Origin: an uncultured Sorangium sp.
GTDB taxonomy: Bacteria; Myxococcota_A; Polyangia; Polyangiales; Polyangiaceae
Assembly (NCBI GenBank): GCA_964475255.1
Contig: CAYYWA010000003.1
Coordinates: 1 to 58,050, forward strand
Length of the DNA stretch: 58,050 nt
Reading direction: 5' to 3'
Under the pieces are notes generated by a model that saw only the letters and a list, made by a program, of their open reading frames with translations, was not told the DNA's origin and made no database searches. Below are positions 47,901 through 56,906 of this stretch, one piece after another; positions within the stretch are counted from its first letter, which is position 1; each line of letters begins with the position of its first letter. The position numbers and the translations under genes are program-made.

Positions 47901-48968
47901 GTTGTCGATCCACGCCTGACGCCCATCCGTGAGGCTCTTTTCGAGCCCGCCCACGGCGAGCGCGAGCGACTGGATGATCTGCGTCTGCCGGATGTCCTTG
48001 CCGAACATCTCCTCCATGACGACGGCCGTATCGCGGCCTGACGTCTGCAGATCGCCGAGGCGATCGATCAGGAGTTGGAACGTCCCAACAGCGTCCGTGC
48101 GCCACGCCTGCGCGAACGTGGACGCTGACATCCCCGTCACGCGCGCGAAGGCTTCGAGTTCCTTGCCGCCCGTCGCGGCTGCGCGGGTGATTTCGAGGAA
48201 CGTCTTGGACAGGACCGTACCGCCCACCTCGGCCTCGAAGCCGAGATTCGCGACGGCCGCCGACATGCCCATAATCTCGGACGCCGACAGGCCCGCCGAG
48301 CGGCCCGCCGACGCGAAGCGCCGCGCCGTTTCAAGGATCGTCGCCTCTGTCGCCGTGCCTTTGTTGCCCAGATCCACGAGCGTCGCCGCGAGCCGGTCGA
48401 GATCCTGCTCGGCGATGCCCGCGATCTTGCTAATCTGCGCGAGCCCCTGCGCTGCCGCCTCGGCCGAGATGCCGTCCACGGCGACGCCGAGCTTGGCGAC
48501 GGTGTCCGTGAATTTGATCAGCCCTTCCCGACTGATCCCGAACTGCCCGCCCACGGCGGCGATGTTCGAGAGTTCAGCGCCCGTCAGCGGGATCTCGCGC
48601 GACAACGCGCGGATCTCCTCGCGGAGCTCGCGCGCCTCCTCGGTGAGATTGCCGAACTGATCGACGCCCTCGCCGAGCCCGTCCACTGTCTTGATGACGT
48701 TGGCGAATGCGGAATCGAAGTCTGACGCGACCTTGACGACCGCCGCCATGCTGCCGCCGACGCCTACGGCGATCGTGGTGCCGAGGCGCGTCATCGCCGG
48801 GCCAGCGCGCTCGGCCGCATCGACCATCGCGTCGAAGCTGCCCATCGCTTTCCCGCCCGTGCCGCCGAGGCGCCGCTCGAAGTCACCGAGGGCGCGATTC
48901 GCGCGCGAGAGCGCCTGCGTCATCTCGTCGCGTAGTCGGAGCGTGGCTTCAATCGTTCCGGCGTCCAC
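44934..48968 (-). CDS. Tape measure protein (TP901 family)
   Basis: 1344 aa Ala-rich; [27 protein letters not shown]. Confidence 0.93.
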   Translation of the reverse strand: MDAGTIEATLRLRDEMTQALSRANRALGDFERRLGGTGGKAMGSFDAMVDAAERAGPAMTRLGTTIAVGVGGSMAAVVKVASDFDSAFANVIKTVDGLGEGVDQFGNLTEEARELREEIRALSREIPLTGAELSNIAAVGGQFGISREGLIKFTDTVAKLGVAVDGISAEAAAQGLAQISKIAGIAEQDLDRLAATLVDLGNKGTATEATILETARRFASAGRSAGLSASEIMGMSAAVANLGFEAEVGGTVLSKTFLEITRAAATGGKELEAFARVTGMSASTFAQAWRTDAVGTFQLLIDRLGDLQTSGRDTAVVMEEMFGKDIRQTQIIQSLALAVGGLEKSLTDGRQAWIDNSALSEESRKKFATFENQLKQFKSQVYDIAITLGDALLPALRDMLTAAEPALMAIADLAKQFADMPADTQRAIVQLGLGAGLTGVLMILGGRAIDTMGSIIKLTGAIRGLMVAQAASGAVGALSTAVSGLGVAVKTLTGIAGMATFGPLLVSVAGGAVAAGRAVNDFEQKMRGVGAQLDIFKVASDAVGRTVRDQTEAWNVARAVIDNAAKSEKGLTEEQVALKRQLDATNPHISEAAASSGLLAGKLAIAVAESKRTAGAVGEAGAAFEDAVVVLPEVAEAGEKAAGAIGNIGSASSDADPEVRRITDSLRQAAEAARLAAAQTGARLINLDAIDEAAKVARAIEDLPRGMKLTADASEEAQEAIEDGMRAIRAMGMEVPDYMERAYLSIFRVGRLAMDVNRDLNTVNVPGVSLKDKLDVPPATFQQLQEAARALQELSGAYMRMMALAAGPFAGPGFMGTVEFAIGNDYQKPGKLKGVTEAFGKIADGIPDLFVRALTGGGGMEGAFKALGVQLAEAITQPLTKGLREMSKAVQGAVAGGVAGATALGAAWGGSTGSALAGAASSIGGAAVAATGLGTAAATSVGAAVALGAATMGIGAAAVGIYVLAKRFWGVSKAVKEARKDIAAFQENLHKSMNAAQIAEAAGRDWAATVIVVRDAYLRMGKSAAEAEAAVAAMWDDRNPERARAAMQQISAVMAQWEQRFETSNEQLGGILERADELGMRLPQALLDSIAQLREMNMLTEENAQALERMMGAPDVDFNKFKQAAERYKLDENALGIEFKQWESDQAAQQMIDDFEILRRGGASVGTILSGMKEEISEIVANSVRFGTEIPANMRPWIENLIEAGELVDENGEKITDISKIKFGADMATSMQTITTELQRLVDTLTGPFMEALAKIPRTIGIDVEFNPGRVPSGPEVPGFSRGGVGNFGSGTLAMLHGREAIIPLDDYDGGGGGHMTVYMLLDGQILAERTVPFIDGELTMRGV

Positions 48969-49000
48969 TCTGCCCTCGGCGTGTGTGAATGGCGCCCGGG

Positions 49001-49189
49001 TTAGCGCCTGCCGCGTTGCCGCTTGCCTTCCCGGGCGCGTTTCTCCTGCTTCTGCGCTTCCTGTTTCATCTCGGCCACGACGACCTCGACGAACTCATCA
49101 GGGAGTTGAAGGTAATCGTGCAGGCTTACTCGGAGGTAGCGACAGATTCCGAGGATGGCTCGCCAGCGGACGAGCCGGTCGGCTTTCCC
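49001..49189 (-). CDS. gpT part of tail assembly chaperone (-1 frameshift product)
   Basis: In-frame G GGA AAG slippery site at 49189-49183; the -1 frame reads [17 protein letters not shown]...GRR* to 49001. Confidence 0.8.
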   Translation of the reverse strand, partial: GKADRLVRWRAILGICRYLRVSLHDYLQLPDEFVEVVVAEMKQEAQKQEKRAREGKRQRGRR

Positions 49190-49572
49190 GCCTGCATCGC
49201 CTCGATGTGCGCGTCGAGCGCCTTGTCGATGAGCTCGTACATCTCAGGCGTGAGCATCCGCAGCGACTCCTCGTTGACCGCGATCGCCTCGAACTGCCCC
49301 GTCTTGGGATGCTTCCGCTTTGCGGACCACCGCACGATGTAGGTGAGCATCCGCACGAGCGACTGACGGACGCCGTCGATCCGGATGTCCATCGACTTCC
49401 CCGTGGGATCGTCGCCGTCCGACTGGCGCCGCAGCGCCACGAGCCCCGCGTTCTGGATCTTCAATTGATCCGCGATCGTCAGGTGATTCTTCACCTCGAC
49501 CCATTCGCCCGTGTCGCCGAGCGGGAGGCGCGTCGTCTCCTGCCCTTCCTGAAACCATCGAATGTCGCTCAT
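49126..49572 (-). CDS. Tail assembly chaperone (gpG)
   Basis: Upstream of tape measure; carries the slippery site. Confidence 0.8.
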   Translation of the reverse strand: MSDIRWFQEGQETTRLPLGDTGEWVEVKNHLTIADQLKIQNAGLVALRRQSDGDDPTGKSMDIRIDGVRQSLVRMLTYIVRWSAKRKHPKTGQFEAIAVNEESLRMLTPEMYELIDKALDAHIEAMQAGKPTGSSAGEPSSESVATSE

Positions 49573-49832
49573 GCCGTTACCTCCGGTGTCCCTGAGACGC
49601 TATAGAGCGTGTCTGAGAGAACGGTTATCTGCCTGTACGTCCACCATCGATCCCCGACACGCAGGCGTATCGCGTCGGGGTCTACTCCCTGCCAGAACGC
49701 ATTGACGTCTGCGCGCTCAACGGTGAGAACCGACGCCTCGCTCATGTCGTCCGGCTCCAATTGCCAGCCGAACAGCCGCGCCGAGACGTGATAGCCCACC
49801 ATCGCCTCGGCGTATTCCCCTTCTCGTCGCAC
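49569..49832 (-). CDS. Hypothetical tail-region protein
   Basis: 87 aa with GGAGG RBS. Confidence 0.6.
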   Translation of the reverse strand: MRREGEYAEAMVGYHVSARLFGWQLEPDDMSEASVLTVERADVNAFWQGVDPDAIRLRVGDRWWTYRQITVLSDTLYSVSGTPEVTA

Positions 49833-49933
49833 GGCCTCCTCCCTGTGATGAATGCCCCGCCCCGCAGGCTCGTGCTCCTACGGGACGGGGCTCGACTCGG
49901 CAGGCAGGCCGCGCAGCGGCGCCAGAGCGCGAC

Positions 49934-50335
49934 TTAGGAAACCTTCGCGCCCCACGCGCCCGCCGCCGAGAACGACACGCTCCCCTGTACGGCGCCGTTG
50001 ACGTCGGACTCGATCGAGAAATCCGTCCACGCCGGACCGTAGAAGTAGCGCGACAGCGCATCCTCCGAGGGGTAGATGTAGAGCTTCACGCCGTCAGCCG
50101 AGCGCGAGGCGTTATACAGCGTCGGGTCGCTGTCATCCCACCAGAACGCGAACTCACCATCGACGTCCGGGAGCCCCTGCACGTACACCTTGTTGGGATC
50201 GCCGAACGCCGTGACGTCGATCTTCTCGGTTTCAAAGTTGATGTTGAACGACGTAATGTTGAGCACCGTCACAGCAGCGCCCGCCGCCGAAGTGCTCATC
50301 ATCACGCGACCCTTGCGGCCTGCGTATCGAGACAT
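49934..50335 (-). CDS. Major tail (tube) protein
   Basis: IDVTAFGD..K.YV.GL.D..G.F, Y.G.A..DFSIE..V.G.V..S.SF. Confidence 0.8.
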   Translation of the reverse strand: MSRYAGRKGRVMMSTSAAGAAVTVLNITSFNINFETEKIDVTAFGDPNKVYVQGLPDVDGEFAFWWDDSDPTLYNASRSADGVKLYIYPSEDALSRYFYGPAWTDFSIESDVNGAVQGSVSFSAAGAWGAKVS

Positions 50336-50341
50336 TGCACG

Positions 50342-50680
50342 TTACTCCGTGTGCGTGCCTGCGGATGGCGTGCTCGCGATCTCGGCACTACTGGACGATG
50401 GGACAACGGGGGGCATCGCAAAGGATGCTGCCGGGTTGAAGTCGGGCGGTCGCATGTGCGACGCGAGGAGCCATCGCTCCCACGCGACCGCGACGCCCTT
50501 TGCTGCGCGCAGCACGTCCCACAGCACTACGCGCGTCGCTGGCCGAAGCCGCGCCTCAGTGTAGCGCAGCCGGTAATGCGCGATGACAATCACGTTGACG
50601 TAGAGCGCGAATGCCTGCCACCACACCACAGAGGGCGCCAGTGGCGAACGATCGCGCCACGGCGCATCACGCAGCAGCAT
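50342..50680 (-). CDS. Hypothetical protein
   Basis: 112-aa ORF overlapping the glycosyltransferase end. Confidence 0.45.
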   Translation of the reverse strand: MLLRDAPWRDRSPLAPSVVWWQAFALYVNVIVIAHYRLRYTEARLRPATRVVLWDVLRAAKGVAVAWERWLLASHMRPPDFNPAASFAMPPVVPSSSSAEIASTPSAGTHTE

Positions 50681-51713
50681 CGAGCACCTCCCGTACCGCC
50701 TCGGCCCGCGCGTGCCAGTGATCGCCCCGCACCGCGTCGATGAGCGCGCCCGCGAGGTGCCGACGCTCCTGTGACGTCAGGCGCGTCAGGCGCTCGACAA
50801 TCTCTGCGGCCTCCTGCGGGTCATCCGTCGTCGGGACGAGGTCGCCGAACTTCTCGCGTGTCTCGGCCCGGGGTGACGACAGGTGCGGGACGCCGAGGCG
50901 CGCGAGCTCATACGCCCTCGGGTTCAGCGAATAGGCGTCCGTGGGCGCGATGTGTCTGTCTCCGTACCACCCCCGCGAGGATCGGTACAGGTTCAGCGCG
51001 CAGCCATACGCCTTCGCGTACTGCGCCGCCTTCTCGTTCGCGATGACGTCGGCTTTGACGTGTGCCGCCAGATCCTCGGGCACGTCGTCCCATGCGCCGT
51101 ACAGGTCGATCGGCGCGCCCTGCCGGATGAGCGCCTGCAGCCACGTCACGCGCTCAGGAAACGCCGAGCCGACAAACAGGCACCGATCCCTTGCCTCGGG
51201 CAGCGTCGCCGCCTGTGCGGCGTCGTGGACGCCTTTACGCCATGCGTGCGGGAGGTAGTGCCAGCCGCGACGCTCGGCCGTGCGGCGCTCGTTCGTGAAC
51301 ACGACATCGGCGACCGTCGCGAGCCGCGCCTCCTCGTGCTCGTCGTAGGGCGACTCCGTGAGCAGCAGCGCGATTTTCACCCCGGTGCGCTTCGCGACCT
51401 GCAGGACCGCCAGCGGGACGAACATACCCGTGACAACGATCAGCCAGTCCGGGCGCCCGATCAGGATGCGCGTCAGCAGGCCGTCGCACGCCTGTAGCTG
51501 GACGTCGAGATCCGTCGGGCGCCGTGGCGACCGCCCGAGGCGACGCTCGAAGCGCCACTGCGCGAGCAGGAAGCGCGTTGACGCGCCGAGCTTCATGTCG
51601 AGCGGATAGACGCTGAGATCCACGCCGTCCTGTGCTTGGAGCCCGTCCAGCAGGCCCATAAAGACGTCGTGCGTGGAGTAGCTGCTGCCCGGGTGCAGGA
51701 GAATCGCGCGCAC
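50667..51713 (-). CDS. GT-B glycosyltransferase (CgeB/Glyco_trans_1_2-like)
   Basis: TESPY, DVVFTNE, YLPHA, FVGSAFPER, LNLYR, SLNPRAYELA. Confidence 0.8.
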   Translation of the reverse strand: MRAILLHPGSSYSTHDVFMGLLDGLQAQDGVDLSVYPLDMKLGASTRFLLAQWRFERRLGRSPRRPTDLDVQLQACDGLLTRILIGRPDWLIVVTGMFVPLAVLQVAKRTGVKIALLLTESPYDEHEEARLATVADVVFTNERRTAERRGWHYLPHAWRKGVHDAAQAATLPEARDRCLFVGSAFPERVTWLQALIRQGAPIDLYGAWDDVPEDLAAHVKADVIANEKAAQYAKAYGCALNLYRSSRGWYGDRHIAPTDAYSLNPRAYELARLGVPHLSSPRAETREKFGDLVPTTDDPQEAAEIVERLTRLTSQERRHLAGALIDAVRGDHWHARAEAVREVLDAAA

Positions 51714-51715
51714 CG

Positions 51716-52159
51716 TTACATCACCCCTGCCTGTGCCGGATACGCCGCCGGGTCAGGCTCGATCGAGAGTTCAAAGTTGGCCGAGAACAGACACAGCCCG
51801 TCGTCGGTATAGCCGACGAACGCCGGAGCATTCGAGGGCTTGCACTCGACGACGCGCGGGCCGTTGTTGACCGTCGTGTTGACGAGCGACTGAAGCACCG
51901 CGTAGGCGTCAAACGCCCACAGTTCCCCCGTCGCGTAGTCCGCGTGGCGAACGAGGCACTGCAACCCGTAGAACTCACGCGAGGGCGCCGCGCGCCCGAA
52001 CACGTACTCGGGAGGTGGCCCGGCAAACCGCAGCAGCGCGACGGCGTTATCCGAGCCGTCCGGGAGCACGCCGCCGAACAGGTTGAGCCCCTGCGTCAGC
52101 CCGACTTGCGAGTACGCCTCGACGTGCATCGCGAGATCCGTCATCAGGCCGACGCTCAT
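51716..52159 (-). CDS. Tail terminator / minor capsid-like protein
   Basis: LF.G.LPD..DNAVAL, LQ.LVR..DY, P.FVG.......FS.NF. Confidence 0.7.
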   Translation of the reverse strand: MSVGLMTDLAMHVEAYSQVGLTQGLNLFGGVLPDGSDNAVALLRFAGPPPEYVFGRAAPSREFYGLQCLVRHADYATGELWAFDAYAVLQSLVNTTVNNGPRVVECKPSNAPAFVGYTDDGLCLFSANFELSIEPDPAAYPAQAGVM

Positions 52160-52647
52160 CGCCGCATCCCCCGGACGAACGCCGCCCCGGCGCGTCCGAC
52201 GCGCTTACTGCGACCGCCGAACGCCGACTCGATCACCTCGACGACAGCGCGCCGGAACGCAGGCACAGACGCCGCGAGCGGCTGACTCAGGTATTTCCAG
52301 TGCCCGACCTTCGCCCATTTCTTGTACCGCCGCCCTGACGGCGACACGCCGCCCGTGCGCCCCGCCCTCGGGTTCTCGTGCGTTGCCCGGGCGTGGGCCG
52401 CGCGGAAGCCGATCTTCACGACGATATCGCCGCCGTCGCGCGTCGGCTCGCTCACGTACCCGCTATTCGCCAGATCCGAGTCCATGCGCGGCACGTGCGA
52501 CTCGATCACCTCGGCCATGACAGCCTGCCCGTGCTGGTACGGGACCGCTTCGAGCGCGCCGGGGTTGCCCATCTCGGCGAGCCGCGCCTGTACGTCGCCC
52601 ACGCCACGGACGCCGACCCACAGCCCAGAACGCCGCCGCTTAGCCAA
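52156..52647 (-). CDS. HK97 gp10-like neck protein
   Basis: VP..DSDLANSG, A.ATHE, WKYL..PL; TTG start. Confidence 0.7.
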   Translation of the reverse strand: MAKRRRSGLWVGVRGVGDVQARLAEMGNPGALEAVPYQHGQAVMAEVIESHVPRMDSDLANSGYVSEPTRDGGDIVVKIGFRAAHARATHENPRAGRTGGVSPSGRRYKKWAKVGHWKYLSQPLAASVPAFRRAVVEVIESAFGGRSKRVGRAGAAFVRGMRR

Positions 52648-53005
52648 GGATCGCCACCGTGAGGAAGCGCGTCCCGTCGGCCGCCACAGGCATCGGCGGC
52701 ACGGCGACGACGCCGAGCGTGCGCCCGTCAGGGAGCGTGATCTTGTCGTTGGCCTTGACGTCCCATGACCCGAGGAGCGTGACCTGTGCGCGAGCGGGCG
52801 TCTGGATGCCGTAGCGTTCAAGCGTGCGTGCGTCGGCGTCCTCGACGACGCCCTCGACGCTGACGGGATCGCGGTACTTCGCCTGCCCCGTCTCCGTGCG
52901 TTCGCTGTCGCGCTCATGCCACTGCAGCGTCGGCAACAGCCCGCCCGCCCGGAGGAGCGTCGCGGCCCGGCCGACGCCGCCTGCGATCTGATCAACAAGC
53001 GCCAC
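52640..53005 (-). CDS. Head closure (stopper) protein
   Basis: Gene position and DKITLPDG motif. Confidence 0.65.
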   Translation of the reverse strand: MALVDQIAGGVGRAATLLRAGGLLPTLQWHERDSERTETGQAKYRDPVSVEGVVEDADARTLERYGIQTPARAQVTLLGSWDVKANDKITLPDGRTLGVVAVPPMPVAADGTRFLTVAILG

Positions 53006-53008
53006 GGT

Positions 53009-53521
53009 CTACGTCCTCACGATCGGCACGTTCACGCCGCCATAGGCTGCCCCGTACAGCCGCAGGCGTGCCCAGACGTGCGCCGGAAGCGGGACAGGCG
53101 CCCACGGATTCGGCGCGGCAGGCGTGGCGAAGTCCAGCGTGATCGGCCCGACGCGGAGCTCGTCGAGTTCCTGCGTAGGCACCGTGCCGGGCTGCGTGCC
53201 CGCCGCGCGCTGCGCCAGTCGCCACGCGGCCTGTAGCGCCTGTGCTGCCTTGAGGGGGGCCGGGAGCGTGTCTGTCGTGATGTACGGGAAGCCGTAGCGA
53301 GGCCACGCGAGCGCCTGATACGGCGAGACGGCCATGCCGCGCCACTGGACGCCCTGATCGATGTCCTGTGCCGCCGTGACGAGCGCGCGTTCCTTGTCGG
53401 CCGTCGTCGCCGCGTCCCATGCTGCCGTGTCGGCGAGTTCGGCCGCGAGGATGGCCTCGGCCTCGATGAGCGTGACGTAGCTGTTGGCGTCTACTGCGCC
53501 GGGCGTGACAATGAGCGGCAT
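53009..53521 (-). CDS. Head-tail adaptor (DnaT-like/gp15-like)
   Basis: ANSYVTL.EA, KERAL..A...ID, QALAWPR. Confidence 0.8.
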   Translation of the reverse strand: MPLIVTPGAVDANSYVTLIEAEAILAAELADTAAWDAATTADKERALVTAAQDIDQGVQWRGMAVSPYQALAWPRYGFPYITTDTLPAPLKAAQALQAAWRLAQRAAGTQPGTVPTQELDELRVGPITLDFATPAAPNPWAPVPLPAHVWARLRLYGAAYGGVNVPIVRT

Positions 53522-53554
53522 CGTTGGCGAGTCCTGTCAGCGGTTGCAGCCAGT

Positions 53555-53653
53555 CAGGCACGCGCGGGGCGGAAAGCGACCGCCGCCCACGGGGATAGAC
53601 GACGAACGACCCTCGTACAGCCCCGCGCGCACCTGCCGTGAGGGCGGTCGCTT
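53555..53653 (-). other. Intergenic element with two overlapping, competing long helices
   Basis: 53653-53636 pairs with 53592-53574; 53635-53620 pairs with 53570-53555. Confidence 0.5.
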
Positions 53654-54146
53654 ACTTGCGCTTCCGCCCCTTGCCCTTGCCCTGCTCGGCCTCGTCCTCG
53701 ACGGGCTCGACAGCCGGGGCGAATCCCGGGCCTTCCTCGGGCCGCAGTTCGGCCGGGTCATACGCCTCCACGCCTTCCTGCACGTGCTCGGCGCCGAGCG
53801 CGGGCGGGACGGCCTCGCCCGCCTTCAGGCGCTCGCGCACGAGCGATTGATCGGCGGGGATGCGCGCCTCGCGCTCCTGCTGTTCGGCGATCCCGTGGAG
53901 GATGCCTCCGCCCTCCGGCCCCATCCACTGCGAGGGCGTCTGCACGCCCGCAGGCGGCAGGTTGCGCTCGATGGCGCCCTGTCCCGTGGGCTTGTGGGGT
54001 TCGGGGTCCACAGGGGCCGCAGGGGCGCCCTCAGCCTCGGCCCCGACGCGCGTGTGCTTCGCCTCGTCGAAGTCGCGCTCGTTGATGACGATCTCCTCGC
54101 CGCCGTGATCCTTGCTCGTGACTCGAATCGTGTTCGCGTATGCCAT
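53652..54146 (-). CDS. Acidic, Pro-rich head-region protein
   Basis: MAYANTIRV...INERDFD...H. Confidence 0.7.
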   Translation of the reverse strand: MAYANTIRVTSKDHGGEEIVINERDFDEAKHTRVGAEAEGAPAAPVDPEPHKPTGQGAIERNLPPAGVQTPSQWMGPEGGGILHGIAEQQEREARIPADQSLVRERLKAGEAVPPALGAEHVQEGVEAYDPAELRPEEGPGFAPAVEPVEDEAEQGKGKGRKRK

Positions 54147-54170
54147 GACGTTACGCTCCGTGCCTGTTGG

Positions 54171-54355
54171 AAGGGATGAGCGGGCGACCGACGACAGCCT
54201 GACGGCTCGCTGACCGATTAGGCTGCCGTGCGCGTTGCCGCATTGCATCCGTCCTGCGTTGAATGACTGCGCCGACGTGGGTGCGTCGCCGAAGCCCCGC
54301 TTCTCCGAAAACGACGAGGGCGCCTCCCGACCTTCCCGGGCGCCGCTCATCCCTT
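54171..54355 (-). ncRNA. Putative 185-nt multibranched structured RNA
   Basis: 13-bp perfect closing stem AAGGGATGAGCGG/CCGCTCATCCCTT enclosing several hairpins. Confidence 0.55.
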
Positions 54356-54363
54356 GCCAGCCC

Positions 54364-54624
54364 TTAGTACCCCACGGCGAACCAGCAGACGTCGCCTGCG
54401 GAGCCTGCCTCGACGCTGATCTGCCCGTTGCTGCCGATCACGACAGCCGTCGCGCCCGGCGCCGCGCCCTGAAGCTGCGCGAACGCCACGTCCACATGCT
54501 TGAGCCCCGTGTCGATGCTGAGCGGCGTGCTCGCCTCGACGGTGACGGTGCCCCACTTCTGATGAGGGGTCCGGCTCGACTGCGGGTTCCACCGCTTCTC
54601 GACCGTCCCGGGATGGTTGTCCAT
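54364..54624 (-). CDS. Head decoration-like protein
   Basis: 86 aa after the capsid gene; IDTGL..V, V.WFAVG. Confidence 0.65.
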   Translation of the reverse strand: MDNHPGTVEKRWNPQSSRTPHQKWGTVTVEASTPLSIDTGLKHVDVAFAQLQGAAPGATAVVIGSNGQISVEAGSAGDVCWFAVGY

Positions 54625-54700
54625 GTGCTGTCGCCTCCTGTCCGAGTGTGTGAGGATGCGCCCCGGGCACGTACCCGAGGCGCGTGGTCGTCAGGCCGGA

Positions 54701-55828
54701 TTACGCGCCGTAGACGCGAACGGCCCACTCGGGGCGGAATACCTTCCCGCCATACAGGATGTCGAACGACCACCGATAGCGCTTGTGCTCGCGCGACAGT
54801 TCGAGGCGCAGCGTCAGGCCCGACAGCGGGTCCGCGATGCTCTCGAAGGCGACGCCGAGCTCACGGCTGGCCGTGCCGACGAACGGCCGCGAGCCGAACG
54901 CGAACGACATCGGATGAAACAGGAAGTTGATCGACGACGCGGCCGATCCCGAGGTGCGGGTGATCGCCGCGTTGTCGGAGATGTTGACGCGGAGCGCCGG
55001 GCTGAGCGTGAGCACGTTGCCCGCCACGGCATACACCGAGTACGGCTCCGTGTCCCCGGCGATCGTGATCGTGTCGCCCGGCACGAACGTACCCGAGCCC
55101 GTGTCGATGCTGATCTGGGTCGCGCCCGCCAGCGCGGCGCCGTTGACGAGGAAGCCCGTCGCCGTGCCCGGCGTGAACGACGCGTAGCTCCCCTGATCGA
55201 GGAACCAGTCGGCCCCGAGGAAGCGGTCGATCTGCGCCTCGATGATCGCCCGGCTGCTGCCGCGCCACGAGGCATCCGTGACGGGCCGCAGCGCGAGCAT
55301 GTTGGCCTCGGCGAGCGGGTCGATGACCATCGCCCGATCCGTCATCGGCGCGAGGTTCTCGTTCAGGATGCGCCGCGCCGTCAGGTACTCGCTGAAGTCC
55401 GACGTGAACGCAGCCGAGCCCGGCGACCCGGCCGCATACGGCACGGCCTTGCGGAACTCGCTGACGATCCAGCCGTTGACGTCGTTCGCCAGCGCCTTGA
55501 CGGCCTCCTGCGCCTGACTCGGCAGCAGGCCGTTCGACACCTGAATCAGATCCCGATCCGTGAGGTAGAACGCCGCCTCGCGCCACCGTTCGAGCGTGAT
55601 GGTCGCAAACGTCGTCTCGATGTCGGCCGTCACGGGCGGCGTGTTGCTCGGCGTCACGTCGCCGACAGGCACGGCGCCCGCGATCGGGACCGTGACCGTG
55701 CTGCCCTTCTCGCCGGGCTGCGGCTCGAACTGCCGCGAGACGAGACGGGGATAGATGAGGTTGGCGCGCAGAACAGGAAGCGCCTGCGCGAGAATCTGCG
55801 GGATGAACGCAGCGAGATCGTTTGCCAC
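54701..55828 (-). CDS. Major capsid protein (P22 coat-like)
   Basis: MAN.L..FIPQ, G.TVTVP, LA.DV, R..L..N.AP...R, N..FH...FAF..RP, FDILYG....RPE. Confidence 0.9.
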   Translation of the reverse strand: MANDLAAFIPQILAQALPVLRANLIYPRLVSRQFEPQPGEKGSTVTVPIAGAVPVGDVTPSNTPPVTADIETTFATITLERWREAAFYLTDRDLIQVSNGLLPSQAQEAVKALANDVNGWIVSEFRKAVPYAAGSPGSAAFTSDFSEYLTARRILNENLAPMTDRAMVIDPLAEANMLALRPVTDASWRGSSRAIIEAQIDRFLGADWFLDQGSYASFTPGTATGFLVNGAALAGATQISIDTGSGTFVPGDTITIAGDTEPYSVYAVAGNVLTLSPALRVNISDNAAITRTSGSAASSINFLFHPMSFAFGSRPFVGTASRELGVAFESIADPLSGLTLRLELSREHKRYRWSFDILYGGKVFRPEWAVRVYGA

Positions 55829-55950
55829 GGCTGGACTCCTGAAGTTGGAAAGTTGACACCCGTTGGTGCCCTGTCCGACCTCTGCCAGCCCTCGCGGAGT
55901 GCAGGGGAGTCACGCGCGGCGCGCTCCCGGGTCGTTACACGAACGGCTTC

Positions 55951-55979
55951 ACTGTAACCAGTCCCTCGCCCGGCGTCAA
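55951..55979 (-). promoter_or_regulatory. Promoter for the major capsid gene
   Basis: TTGACG-N17-TACAGT followed by a structured ~115-nt leader. Confidence 0.65.
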
Positions 55980-56076
55980 CGTCGTTGCGGCTCGGTGGGC
56001 GAGGGGCGCGGGGGCTTTTGGTTGATCGCCCCCGGCGCGTTTGTTAGACCGATGGCGCGTCAGACGCGCCGAATGG

Positions 56077-56859
56077 TTACTCCCTGACGACGGCGATCTG
56101 TCCTGCGGCGATCGCTTCGGCGTGCTGCCCCATCTCCTCGGGGGTGGGGTTCAGGAGGATGCGCTTGTCTCCGCGCTGCTGGATCTTGTCGCCGTCCCCG
56201 ATGGAGGGGCCGCGCGTTTCGCCGAACAGCGTGGGGTCTGACTGCCGGAGGCTGGCGAACCAGCGTTCCGGGGTGAGCGGCAGGCCGTCGTCGGTGCGCC
56301 GCTTGGGCACGAGGGCGTCGGCCTCGGGGTCGTAGTCGTAGGCCTCCTCGGCGGCTGAGGCGACGGCGTCGCGGATGAGCCGGGAGTCGCGGACCTTGTG
56401 CTCGGCGGCGAGGGCGTCGATCTTGGCGCGACGCCGGAGCGAGATTTCGCGCTGCCTCGCCTGTTCGGCTTCCCTCTTGGACGTCTCGACGGTCTGCTGG
56501 AGCTGCTCGACAAGCTGACGCAGGGGCGCGACTTCGGACGCGATCGCGTCGTCGAGCTTCGCGTCGGGCTTGCCGCCGCGCTTCCTGACTTCCTCGATCG
56601 TGCGCCGGGCCTCGGTCGGGTCGATACCGTCGTAGGTCTGCCGGAGCGTGGTGAGTTCGGCTTCGAGCGCGCCGAGGCGCCGGTCGAGTTCTTCCTTTTC
56701 CTTCAGGAGTTGGCGGTTCGTGTTGCGGAACTCGCTGACGTCGGGCGTGCCCTCGACGTCGAGGCGGAAACGGCCGTCGCCGAGGTCGCGGTACAGGCCG
56801 CGCTGTGCCTCGTCGAGGGCTTCGTGCTCGTCCTTCGTGATCGTGTACTTCAGCGGCAT
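56077..56859 (-). CDS. Capsid scaffold protein
   Basis: MPLKY, LY...DG.F.LDVEG, EFR.TN..L, Y.GIDP..A, AIAAG.I.V. Confidence 0.8.
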   Translation of the reverse strand: MPLKYTITKDEHEALDEAQRGLYRDLGDGRFRLDVEGTPDVSEFRNTNRQLLKEKEELDRRLGALEAELTTLRQTYDGIDPTEARRTIEEVRKRGGKPDAKLDDAIASEVAPLRQLVEQLQQTVETSKREAEQARQREISLRRRAKIDALAAEHKVRDSRLIRDAVASAAEEAYDYDPEADALVPKRRTDDGLPLTPERWFASLRQSDPTLFGETRGPSIGDGDKIQQRGDKRILLNPTPEEMGQHAEAIAAGQIAVVRE

Positions 56860-56906
56860 AGGGACTCCCCGTGTGGGCATGGCGCGTTGACGCGCCTGTT
56901 TGCCCG

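Larger units (their letters stand above)
1562..56895. repeat. Dispersed palindrome family GCGCGTCAACGCGC (14-mer) / GCGCGTCAGACGCGC (15-mer)
   Basis: 14-mer at 1562, 7507, 14248, 17092, 25673, 36557, 44674, 51573, 56882; 15-mer at 17044, 20043, 31029, 38664, 40859, 56055; deleted variant at 13007. Confidence 0.9.

Noticed and set aside
2625-56876. Recurring ACACGGGGAG / ACACGAGGAG before start codons
   Set aside because: Adequately explained as extended Shine-Dalgarno context
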